Assembly: GCA_905250005.1 (NCBI GenBank)
Contig: CAJNOH010000501.1
Coordinates: 65,509-77,787, forward strand
Reading direction: 5' to 3'
Source of the DNA: Rotaria sordida
Taxonomy: Eukaryota
DNA: 12,279 nt
This document shows, piece by piece, positions 1 through 10,502 of the stretch. Position numbers and translations under genes: made by a program. The notes beneath the pieces were generated by a model, which worked only from the letters and a program-made list of their open reading frames with translations, ran no database searches and had not been told where the DNA came from. Each line of letters starts with the position of its first letter. Position 1 is the stretch's first letter.

Positions 1-418
1 AAAATTAAACAAAGTTCTTTTCTGTTTTCCAGTCATTGCCTGGAAATCTTACTATTTTTTAATGATAATAAAACGCTAATATTTCTTCGAGGAGAAATTT
101 ATCATACATTTAATTACTTAGTTTGATGAAGCCTATTAAGATTAAATTTGAAAGTTGCTCCAGGATACTCATATTATGAGATAAAACTAAGACAATATAT
201 ATCTGTAAACATAGTCTAGATTGCTCTAAGGATTCATTTTGATAATGACATTCTCTTTCTCATTTTCTCTTTCAAAAAAATTTAAACCGAAGAAAACCAT
301 TCTTCTAATTTTTTTCTGTATTTGACATGTTGCTAGAAAAATGAGAGTATAGTCTAAGTTAAAGAGTACAACCAGTCGAAGAAATATATTGCGTTCGAAT
401 CAGGTTGATTAAGTATAA

Positions 419-1390
419 ATGTCTTCACAATCTTCGTCCACCGATGTTATTACAACACTAGAATCAACAGCAACATATTTATATCGATTTGGTGGTCTTA
501 TTTTGGTTATCTTCGGTAGTATAGGTTGTATACTCAACATAATAGTATTTTCTCAAAGATCTTTACGCAAAAATCCATGTTCTACCTGTTTGGTAGTTGA
601 AAATATTTTTAATTTGTTATTTATTAACTCATTACTCTTATCTATAACATTAGAAGTTGGTTATAATGTTTATTTTACTTCAACGAATATTGTTCTTTGT
701 CGTTTATGTTATTATACATCATTATTTTCCAATGTTTTAAGTTCATTTTGTTTAATCTTAGCTTCAATTGATCGAGTTTTTATTACTTCATCAAATGCTT
801 CTACTCGACAACGAAGTACATTACGTTTTACTTATTTCTGTATTATTGGTGGAACAATATTTTGGATGTTATTTCATAGTCCTTCGTTAGCCTTTACAAA
901 TATTACACAAATTGGTGATAACATTTATATATGCTTTTATCAAATGGGATTTTATCTGACATTTATTAGTTTTTATTCGATTATTAAAGAAAGTTCGTCT
1001 ACTTTGTCATTATTAATATGTGGAATATGGGCTGTGAAAAATATTCGACGTTTACGTCGTGTAACATTTTCGACTGCTTCATCAAATAATGGAAATGCAA
1101 GAGTCGTTGGTTCACATATTATTCATTCAAAAGATCGACAATTTGTTTGGATGGTTCTTATAGATATTCTTCTGTATGCTATTTTCTGTTCTATGGCAGC
1201 AATTTTCTTAACTCATCAACAAATTACACAATATCAACAAAAATCTATTGAACAAGTGCAATTAGACATCTTTCTTAAACAAATTACTGTTTTTTGTCTT
1301 CATATTCCATTTGGTATCAGTTGTTATACTAATTTATTGGTATCAAAAGCTTATCGAAATGCAATGAAAAATATCTTTTCATGGAACTAA
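419..1390 (+). CDS. Rhodopsin-like seven-transmembrane G-protein coupled receptor (orphan, single exon)
   Basis: Complete 323-aa ORF with about seven hydrophobic segments. TM1-like GSIGCILNIIVFSQRSLRKNPCSTC; TM3 with Cys and a DRY-like motif (CRLCYYTSLFSNVLSSFCLILASIDRVF); TM7/helix-8-like PFGISCYTNLLVSKAYRNAMKNIF. Confidence 0.85.
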   Translation: MSSQSSSTDVITTLESTATYLYRFGGLILVIFGSIGCILNIIVFSQRSLRKNPCSTCLVVENIFNLLFINSLLLSITLEVGYNVYFTSTNIVLCRLCYYTSLFSNVLSSFCLILASIDRVFITSSNASTRQRSTLRFTYFCIIGGTIFWMLFHSPSLAFTNITQIGDNIYICFYQMGFYLTFISFYSIIKESSSTLSLLICGIWAVKNIRRLRRVTFSTASSNNGNARVVGSHIIHSKDRQFVWMVLIDILLYAIFCSMAAIFLTHQQITQYQQKSIEQVQLDIFLKQITVFCLHIPFGISCYTNLLVSKAYRNAMKNIFSWN

Positions 1391-1495
1391 ATTTTTTCTG
1401 TTCTTATTGAGTATTTATCAAACAGTTTCGAAATTTTGTATTATTTAAATATTGTATTGTCAAGTATCTTATATTTTTCTGAATTATTTATCGTA

Positions 1496-1501
1496 AATAA
1501 A
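1496..1501 (+). promoter_or_regulatory. Candidate polyadenylation signal AATAAA, about 105 nt downstream of the GPCR stop codon
   Basis: AATAAA hexamer in the 3' flank of the GPCR ORF; the motif is common by chance in AT-rich DNA. Confidence 0.3.
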
Positions 1502-3450
1502 AATATCTGAGTGTTCAACTTCGAACTTGATAGAAAAGTCGTAGATCTACCAAACAATGAGGGTAGGGGTGTGGGTGTCGGTTTGGATGTATATTAATAC
1601 TAATGAAACGCATTCACACCCACCCTATTTCGCCTGGAATAAAAGACGATTGTACATCGTTTTCAGTCAGCACAAAAATGATAAACCGCGATCAATCGTT
1701 TAGTTAGTCATTCTTCAAGAGTACACCAGTGAAGTTTGATATTGATCAAAAACAATAATAATAATTACTAAGACTGAGTAACCAATCTCGAACTAGAAAC
1801 CAAAATGTATCATGTTACCTTAGACTCATAAAGCATCGCGCTGGTAAAGGAATATTATTGCAACTACTGCCTGTTAGCTGAGAGATTAGTATTTAACTTG
1901 TTCATAGTGCTACGGCACTATTGTATATTTTGTGATGTTCCTTCGAATTAAAATGTTCTTTACAACATTATGGTAGCTCCAAAAGTATGCCTTAACTGAA
2001 GCGGAGATAGCTTTCATATTTATGTATTGACACATCGAGACAAAGACTGCTTTAATACCAAAATATTGAGCGCTATTTTCTTCCAAGTGTTTCAGACGAT
2101 GCATTACTATTTTAGAAAAACTATACGTATGGACCAGTCTGTAATAACAATTTTTCACTTTTTAGTGCTCTTAAACACTATCTTAATCTATTAGGCCCAC
2201 TCAGTAGAAAATTTTCTCCTATGGATCAGAGTGATCAGAAGAGTACTATCTCCGAACCTATCAGTGCAGCGTCTAGTTGTTCATCGGCTTCCCTACAGGC
2301 GCTACCTATGGCTAGCAGATGCCATCTCTAAGCCTAGTGTCCTAATAGATCATCATTATTCATGCAAAAGGTAGTCAATTAGCGTTTACGTTTTTTAATA
2401 CAAAAATTATGAATTAGAAATCTCCAAACATCAGATTTTGGGGTGGACGAATCTTTGAAGCCATAATCTCGGGGGCACTCAAGAAAATTTCGAATATATT
2501 GGAAGTTCTCTTTTACGATATTCAGATGAAACTTTCAGAAAGCCATGTCACTTTTCATTTATATCTTTCCTGTAGCATATCTCTAGTGAATTTCTGATAT
2601 GAGTGGGTCTATTGGTCGTCAACTTTCCATGCGGACAAAACTGACACCTACCTATCCCCATATTGAGACGTGCTCTCTCAATGGATAATTCTTTGACATA
2701 TTCTATCATCACCAAACAATCAAATGTACAATGCCGGAAGCAAAACGATCGAAAAAACTCTAGAAAAAAATCTTGTCAGGATGAAAGTTTTGCCGGTGTA
2801 GGTGCTGTCACCGCTGGTTTGCCAATGTGTACGCATGAGTAGACATGCAAGTGTCTTTTAAAGAACATGAACACCTTTCTCCACACTCATGATGACACCC
2901 ACAAACCGACACATACATACTCAAAATTTTGGAAAAATTTATGGCAAATTCGGATTCCCCGATTTCAATTACCTTTGGTAAAACTTTATAAATTAGACTA
3001 ATTCAGGAAGATATACAAGCAAGTATGTAAACTTATTTTATTTCATTTAATCATTCGTTCAGTCGAGGGAATGAGTGAATGTAGACAAACGTGTAAGAAA
3101 AATGATTGATTGAGATATCATCGTTTTTGTAAAATTATAATGCTCTAGACAATGACTAAACGATGTTTGATCGATTGTTTTGCATTAGAGATCATAAAAC
3201 GAACCGAACTCGAACCAGTATAACTCGGATCGATTCCATCTCTGTTTTGCCTATCTAACGGAAAGTTGATTGATGCTTTTGAGATAGAGAGCATGCGAAT
3301 GAGATTATTTAGCAGTTTAACTGCACTATCCAAGATAATTTTATGCACACTTCTCGTTTTTCAATTTGGACAAAAATATCTTGTTATGTTATACTTTCCT
3401 TAAGGTTATTATATGGGTAAAATATGGGTTCATTTTAGTAGAACATAAAC

Positions 3451-3476
3451 ATTTTTATTTATTTATTTATTTTTAT
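3451..3476. repeat. Simple (ATTT)n microsatellite-like tract
   Basis: atttttatttatttatttatttttat read directly from the sequence. Confidence 0.8.
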
Positions 3477-3698
3477 AAAGAATGATCACATGTATATGTA
3501 ACACCAAAGCAGAAAAAAGAAAGAAAAGAAAAGATGAATAATACATATATACGATGTTATATTAATAACACATCTATTAATAATTGCAGTTTTCCCGTAG
3601 AACAAAAAAATTCGTACAGATGAATTTCAAAAGTATTCTTGCCATTGTCCCACAGTCTTTTACTCGAGCCAAAAGTAAACTTGTTTGTTTATTTATTT

Positions 3699-4625
3699 TT
3701 ATTTTTTTTCTGATCTCCATTCGTATGCTTCCCACCACAATCGATTAATAATTTCATATTCAACATTTCCTTCATCAGATTTTTGCCATGGTTTTGCATT
3801 TACGTAATGAATTGTTTTGAGTTTTGACAAATCCCATAAATGTGGATGGCTTTTAGAGAATACTTTTATTCCATGATATATGAAAGGTATACGTGTCCAT
3901 GTATCATGATAAAATTTATTCAAAAAATCTTGTTCAGCAAATTTGAATTCAGTTAAATCCCATGTATTTAATGCTTCTAACATTTGTTGAAATATTGTTA
4001 AATTTGGACGAAATAAGAATAATCCAGCATTAAAAATAACATTAGCAGGCGAATTGTCATGTGTCGTATTATTCGAATATTGTTCACGAGTATAAGGACA
4101 ATTTTCTGGTTTCCAAGATTCAGGAAATGTTGAAATCTTTCTTAAATTACATGTACATGTTTGTACTGCAGCAAAACTAATATTATCATTTAAATCAAAT
4201 AGCTCATCTATATTTTGAAGAAGAATAATGTCAGCGTCCAGAAAAACACATTTATCACAAATATCTACCATTTCAAATGCTCGTAATTTTTTCCATGCGT
4301 GAAAAAAATGTGGATAAGAATATACCGTTTCACTAGTTGGATAGAAATCTTCTATGAATCGTATAGAACATCCTTCATTTAAAATAAGTTGTTGTGCTTC
4401 ATCTGAACAAACATCTTTGGTCATCATTACCACTAGTGGATAAATACTATTAGCTCGTTTCAATGAACGAACTAAAGCCAATACGCCTGGAAAATAGTCT
4501 TCTGTACCTAACAATGTTACCCATGCGCGACGTTCATTATGATGTTTCGAGATAAAGTAGTTTTGATAATAAATTCCAAGTATAACAATAGCAATTGCAC
4601 CGATCACAATCGTGCGAAAATACAT
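3699..4625 (-). CDS. Glycosyltransferase family 8-like protein (glycogenin/galactinol synthase-like), type II membrane topology
   Basis: Complete 308-aa ORF. N-terminal signal anchor TIVIGAIAIVILGIYY, AWVTLLGTEDYFPGVLALVRSL, DxD motif in VFLDADIILLQNIDELF, then FNAGLFLFRPN, EQDFLN and HYVNAKPW, all in the order typical of GT8 enzymes. Confidence 0.88.
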   Translation of the reverse strand: MYFRTIVIGAIAIVILGIYYQNYFISKHHNERRAWVTLLGTEDYFPGVLALVRSLKRANSIYPLVVMMTKDVCSDEAQQLILNEGCSIRFIEDFYPTSETVYSYPHFFHAWKKLRAFEMVDICDKCVFLDADIILLQNIDELFDLNDNISFAAVQTCTCNLRKISTFPESWKPENCPYTREQYSNNTTHDNSPANVIFNAGLFLFRPNLTIFQQMLEALNTWDLTEFKFAEQDFLNKFYHDTWTRIPFIYHGIKVFSKSHPHLWDLSKLKTIHYVNAKPWQKSDEGNVEYEIINRLWWEAYEWRSEKK

Positions 4626-4741
4626 TCAATGTAACTGTCTATATTGATAAAAGCTAAAATAAATTTAAAAAAGTAGAAATATTTAGAAGCAATATTGAGG
4701 GTACGAGTGTTGTTCAAATAAGTAGCTACATTCGTTCTATC

Positions 4742-4873
4742 CGAATTCGAAACAAAGCGACTCAAATGTAAGTGGAGCTAGAATGGCCAAAAGCTGCAGC
4801 TTCCAATATCTTGAGACGATCAGGCCAGGTATTGCAAATAACCTGATCTCGAAATTAGAATCTAATATTTCGA
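4742..4873. other. Dyad-rich non-coding patch (short palindromes plus nested imperfect hairpins)
   Basis: CGAATTCG (4742-4749), perfect 12-bp palindrome AAGCTGCAGCTT (4791-4802), inverted repeat GATCAGG (4818-4824)/CCTGATC (4842-4848), and imperfect dyad TCGAAATTAGA (4849-4859)/TCTAATATTTCGA (4861-4873). Confidence 0.45.
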
Positions 4874-7155
4874 AACAAGATTTAGACATGTTTTTTACTA
4901 TGTATCGCAAGGGAACTTAGCAAAGAATGTCCTGGAACGTGATGATACTGCAGTACAATTTTACTCATGATAAAAGAAACAGTGACTCTATTCCTAAATA
5001 TTATCTATTTTTTTCGTTTATTCTCGAAACATTACAAAATAGAGAAATGTGAAAGGAATATTTTCAAAAGTAAAACTACATTCAAAAACTTATATTCAGA
5101 ATCAACAACCTATGAATATTTAATGCATAATCTTCACTTTTCTTAAGTTATTTGCGCAGTAAGCAAACACTATGTATATCAATGGGGTTGCAACGAAAAA
5201 GGTGTAAAAAAAAACAAGCAAAACAGCGTTAATATTTCGTGTATGATTGAGAAAAATGTGCGTTTACACACATAATAACAAACGTATTGTTAGACTCTTT
5301 CTTTATTGGGCGGTGCATATATTGAGTGATGGTCCGAAAAGAAAACGTACAGGTGAAAAAAAAGAACAGCAATAACAAATGGTTGGAAAGAAAGTGATAG
5401 CTCTAGCTAACGTAAATAAATCGATTGGTTGTGCGTGTAGGAAGAAAAGTAGTATGAGTCAAAAGTGAAGATTTTATACCAATTTTTGATATACTTTAAT
5501 TGCGCAGTTAGATATTTAAATATATTGAAAATTATTTGATACTGAATTTTCGTAAAACAGATGAACATCTATGAACACATAGTAGGCAAAGAACTTGATA
5601 CTGATTAAAATGGTGATGTGAATGTAAATGTGTAGAAAATAGAAAATCACATCTAAACTCTTCTAGATTTTTTGTAAGATGATCAAAATCGATTCGAAAA
5701 ATTCTTCGTAAGTTCAGAGTATATTTTGAAATGCACCAACGAAAAATATAAAACATTGTTTGAAATTAAAGAAAACCTTTCTTTACGGTATCTTTTTTTT
5801 TTTGAAAAGAAACATCTTCGAGTTCTCTGTAAAATAAACAAATTGAAGCCAATTTATTATACCTATTTTTGTCTATTTAAAATATATAAAAATATTGATA
5901 AAAAATGTTTTCAAGGCTAGATATTTTGTACTTTCTAACCGTATAAAAACAAAAATTTGAGTAACATGTGGTTGATTCAAAATTAGAGCATCCCTTATTT
6001 TTTTCTCTGAATATTCAATTCTAGATTCAACTTTTTGCCGCTGATTTATACTAATGTACAACAAGGAGAGGTATTTTGATTTCATCCAAAAACAAAACTG
6101 AACAGGAAGTATAAATACAAATGATTAATTTGATTTTTAACTGATGGTATATAGTTGTACAATTGAATGAATGGTTAATTCAGTGGTTTCGTTGAAGAAA
6201 TGAAAAGAAACCAATATAACTAAAACAAGCAGAGCTGCGTGGGTGTAAGTGGATGGATGGGTATATTTAAGAGAGTGAGTGTGAGGTTCGTGGATGTGGG
6301 TTTAAGAAAATATCCTATTTGATTGATAAAGTAAGAACTAATACTGCAGAGCCATTCTTGAATCGAACATTGTTGAGCAAGTAATTAAAACACTGATGAT
6401 ATCAAACATAGGAGATCAATTTTACTAGTGAATAATTTTTTTTTTCTTATTTATTTAATCTCTTTCTCCTGATTAAATTAGAAGTTATCGGAAAATGAAG
6501 CGTGGATGTAGATGTGGATGGCTGTGGGTTGAAATCACATAGAATACAAAACATATACCTATGCACTCACATACGCCCATAACGATACTCACATCCCATC
6601 TTCTACTCATGCCATATAGCCAAACAGGAATCATTCATGGTCCTAATCAAAACTTATTGATGTATTTGGAAAGATTACTTTTATATCAAGTTTTCTGCGG
6701 CCAACAAAAGTACTCTCCATTTATCGATTAATATGTTAGATCATTTCTCAAGCTTAATTTTTTACTAAATAGAAAAACACGGGAAAGGAATATGAGACGA
6801 CATCGAAAGAAAAAGTAGAGATTCTAGGCGTGAATTATAATAAATCGCATATGCAAACTAAATTCAAATACGGGACAACATGAGAATCAATATTGATACG
6901 CGGATAAATCAATGTACCTATGGATATAGAAACAGTGACATTTATGAAAAGTTATTAAATCCAAACAATTAATAGAGCAATCGGAATCATTTTACCGAAA
7001 AATTATGCTTGCAATAAAAACAAGTACCAATTGTTATTTGGATTCTCCATCCAAATGACATATAAAAGCAAATTAAAATAAGCCAATTCTTCATTCTCTA
7101 ATAAAAATCAGTGACATAGTCTTGGACACCATAGAAAGTATTTTTTCTACATAAA

Positions 7156-7582
7156 ATGACTGCAAATATGGCAAAAATGTATCTGTTCATGTTCGTAGTA
7201 TTCTTGCACTTTGTCGCAACAACATCTGGAACATCAAAATTGTCTGGCCACATGGTTGGTTCAGCAAATGGGTGCGGAGCTGAAGGGTAGTTTAGAAATT
7301 GATTGGCTTCTAATTATAATTGGCGAACGTGTCATCATTCAGTGTTGTAATTAACACAACATTTGTTATGAGACATGTGGTCAAACACAAGCCCAATGTG
7401 TTAGCCAGTTTCAAGCATGCCTCAATTCTGTTTGTGGCACAATCGGCGGTGGATTACAATGGTTGGCTGCTGCCCAGTAGACATTATGCAAATTGAACGG
7501 ACGGATTCTTTTTACCATTGTCAATGCATTCAGAGCATCTCCATTTGCCAAGGCTCAGCAAGCTAGTGGATATATTACTTAA
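7156..7582 (+). pseudogene. Decayed secretory phospholipase A2-like gene
   Basis: ATG at 7156 gives the signal-peptide-like MTANMAKMYLFMFVVFLHFVATTSGTSKLSGHMVGSANGCGAEG, ending in TAG at 7288. A frame change near 7285-7290 then gives GSLEIDWLLIIIGERVIIQCCN*HNICYETCGQTQAQCVSQFQACLNSVCGTIGGGLQWLAAAQ*TLCKLNGRILFTIVNAFRASPFAKAQQASGYIT*, with in-frame TAA at 7352-7354, TAG at 7478-7480 and terminal TAA at 7580-7582. The QCCN.H[D/N].CY..CG...C...F..CL...C spacing is the sPLA2 active-site/disulfide pattern. Confidence 0.75.
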
Positions 7583-9236
7583 CAAATATTAGCAGGAATG
7601 CCCAAATAAAAAACCTCTATTTTATGGAAAACAGAACGATAAAGATATTGTATTTTGATCAGAATTTATATTGATAAAATACAAAAATGATGTAAATTGG
7701 TATAAAAAGAACCATTTTCCACAATGTTCTAGCATTTTTTGTCGCAGACAACGATAAGGAACCATAATCATTACGGTTTCTATAATGTCTGTGAATGCTC
7801 TCATTTAAACTGCATATGATTTGTTTATCAAAGCCAAAGAAATGCAAGATCAGACGGAAGAAAAAACTGAAGAATTCAATGCATACAATTCTGACTATTC
7901 TCTAACTTGTCTTTGAGTATTGAACAGTTCAAGATTATTGCTGACAGAAAAAAGAATGTGTCACAGTAAGCAATTTTCATCAACTTTTATGCTCTGAAAC
8001 AGATTTTCGTTATTGAGAAAATCATCTGTATAAAAAAAAAGTATTTTTTGAAAAAAAGAATTTGATTTGTAACACCAAGGGGAAGCCTTTTACCAAATTT
8101 CTGAGAAAATATTCCTCAAGAACATTATCATATATCGGACTAATAAGCATTTTGGAGTAAAGCTTTTTTTTTGTTCCATTCAAAATGTATGGTATGAATC
8201 ATTTCTAAAACTTTCTTTACATAACAATCAAACTTTTTTTGAAAAAAATGATTTTTATTACATATCATTAAATATAGCTCAACAAGTTGATTTCTAATAT
8301 TACCCTGATTTTGTACCAAAAATACCTTGATGCTGACAAATTTAACGGTTCTCACTTTCTGTCGAGTAATCACTTTTTGCTCACTCCATTTGTGGTCGAT
8401 CGAAGTAATTTTTTTGCACAATAGCAACTGTAGTCTAATCTTGCGTTTGACATCATGTTTCATTTTAAAATATTTTTATAACTTGATAATAGAAATAACC
8501 TTCATATTGTTACCGATTCATGGAGAAATTATTTAATGATAGACATTCTCAGGGTTCTACTTGATTTCTGGAAATCCAGTTTCAGGATAAGATAGACTAA
8601 CTTTTGATATATTCATTCTAATATGTAAACTTTGATAAAAAAAATGTGTATGCCGAAATATAAATGCATCGTTTCCTACAATTCTGTGAAGTTTCTTAAT
8701 TACTTGACTTTCTAGACTTCTTTTTGTTTACTGGACTTATTGAACTGCTGAAGTTATTAGACATCATCGGATTCTTTAAGTTTCTTAAATTATCTTTCTC
8801 TGTCAACTGACATCGAATTATTTTCTGCAAATGATTTTCTAATTACGAAGTTGTCAAGAAGATGAAAGTTGCAAAATTCAGATAAACCTTCAAAAAATTT
8901 GCTTCCTTCAACATATCTTATTACTGAAAATTTCAATGCCACTATAAACATGCAAAAGAGCAGAAGAGAAAGACCTTTTGGTACAAATTATTTTCACGTA
9001 GCGACTAGAGGAGTCGAGTCTGAGTAAGTCATACACGAGTGCCCACATCCTTTTTGAATCCTGTCAGTTCATCGAGTTGTAAATATCTCATGATTTCAGA
9101 AATTATAGAATCTAAATATGTTACATTATTAGTTTGTATCATTAATTTGTTTTTGAAAGAAGATAAAATACTTTTTTCTTTTTATTTAACTCTTCATTTA
9201 TACGAACTTCTTAATTGAAGCAACATTATTTTATAC

Positions 9237-9252
9237 AAAAAAAAAAAAAAAA
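9237..9252. repeat. Poly(A) homopolymer (16 nt on +) just 3' of the SecA-like gene stop
   Basis: Uninterrupted run of A's read directly. Confidence 0.9.
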
Positions 9253-9257
9253 CATTT

Positions 9258-10441
9258 CTATCGAATTCTTTTTTGCTGTTCTTGTATATATATCAATGCT
9301 TTTGTAAATTTCTCTGTGAGTTTTTTATCATTTATATCCATTTCTTGTTCACATGCATTCTCAATGATAGGTCGAATAATACTATCGCTAAGATATTCTT
9401 TGAATGTATCTGTTACTTTTTTTGAATTGTTTCTTGTGTTACTTGAAGTTTTACTTAATTCATCAACAAATGCAATTATAGTTTGTGCTAATAAACGATT
9501 ATTTGTTTGTTCTCTTCGAATTTCTCTTCGTAAATTTTTTAATTGATTTTGTATTGTACCAAAGGTAACATTAGAAAATTTAAAGATTTGACAATATCCA
9601 CTAAGAACTTGAGGATTATTCATTATTTGTTGATATTCAGTAAGAAGTTTTTGTTCACGTTCGATAGCAGGATGAAGTAATTGACAAATTTCAGTATTTA
9701 GTTTATCTTTATTTTGCTCAAATATAGTCCATTTATCTGATGAATATAAAACTTTTTGTACAATATCTAATGTTTCTAATTTATGTTCTTCATTCTTAGA
9801 ATTAATTTGTCTAATAATTGATAGAAATAAACTATTAATATCGAAGATTTCTTTTTTAACAATACGATTAAGAGTATATGGTAATGCTAAACTTAATGTA
9901 TCTATTATTGGTACATTAGGTAATATATCATCCATCGTATTAAGCGCATAAGAAACCAATGCTGTATTATTTCCATTATAAATATATTTTATGCGTGGTG
10001 TATGACGTTGAACAATTCGAAATATTTCTTTTGTTTTTCCTCCAAATAAGGAATCATTATCTAACATACCTAAAAATTGATTAACTGTCAATGATGTATC
10101 TTGATTTATTATCTGATCGAAATCATTAGAAATTAAAGCTTCAATATTTTTATATCGTTCTGGTATTTGTTTAAGGAAATCAATTACATGTTTATTAATA
10201 TCAGCTATGTTCATACTATTTAAAGCAATATTTGTTAATGTCTTAATATTAAATCCTTTTGTACAATATAATTGATGAATACTATCTGCGGTAACACCAA
10301 TTATTCCAACGTGTTCTATTGATGAAATTGGTTTAACAAGATTATTTACAGTTGATGTTATACATAATAAATTTAATCCATAATTAATTACTTTTTGTTT
10401 GAAATAATTGACAAGATCAAAATCATTTGTAATTTTTGTAG
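9258..10441 (-). CDS. SecA-like multidomain protein, 3'-terminal coding exon (C-terminal alpha-helical region)
   Basis: Open from the spliced codon G|CT (ATKITNDFDLVNYFKQK...) to the TAG at 9258-9260 (...YIQEQQKRIR*). The ORF track's start at 10532 is an artefact of reading through the intron and into the previous exon in another frame. Confidence 0.75.
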
Positions 10442-10502
10442 CTAAAATAAAAATAAAAATAAATTGTTTTTCTAAAAATTTTTTTAATCTTAATTTATTT
10501 AC
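10442..10502 (-). other. 61-nt GT-AG intron (phase 1) of the SecA-like gene
   Basis: Minus-strand sequence ...GCTGTTG|GTAAATAAATTAAG...TTTTTATTTTAG|CTACAAAAATT. Splicing joins ...GTFDIYTAV to ATKITNDFDL... across two frames. Confidence 0.8.

Noticed and set aside
1620-1700. Possible tRNA or SL-RNA like structure
   Set aside because: The small dyad around ACGAT/ATCGT was noted, but there is no cloverleaf, no T-loop GGTTCRA at correct spacing, and no match to the remembered bdelloid spliced-leader sequence.
1910-2158. 82-aa minus-strand ORF
   Set aside because: No recognisable motif, atypical composition and no support for a gene model.
3145-3348. 67-aa minus-strand ORF
   Set aside because: Short, with no recognisable domain, signal peptide or family motif; expected by chance.
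3451-3710. LINE/SINE tail suggested by T-rich and ATTT-rich tracts
   Set aside because: No target-site duplication, RT coding sequence or Pol III boxes seen; explained as simple repeats and the 3' flank of the GT8 gene.
5532-6085. Three short ORFs (74, 64 and 70 aa) on both strands
   Set aside because: Low-complexity K/F/I/Y-rich translations of AT-rich DNA with no family signature.
7622-7847. Two overlapping minus-strand ORFs of 60-62 aa in different frames
   Set aside because: Overlapping frames and no motif; likely chance ORFs beside the PLA2-like relic.
8140-8536. 107-aa minus ORF and 69-aa antisense plus ORF
   Set aside because: Lys/Ile-rich translation without motifs. The ORFs overlap antisense to each other in AT-rich non-coding DNA.
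9316-9546. 76-aa plus-strand ORF
   Set aside because: Antisense shadow of the well-supported terminal exon of the SecA-like gene.
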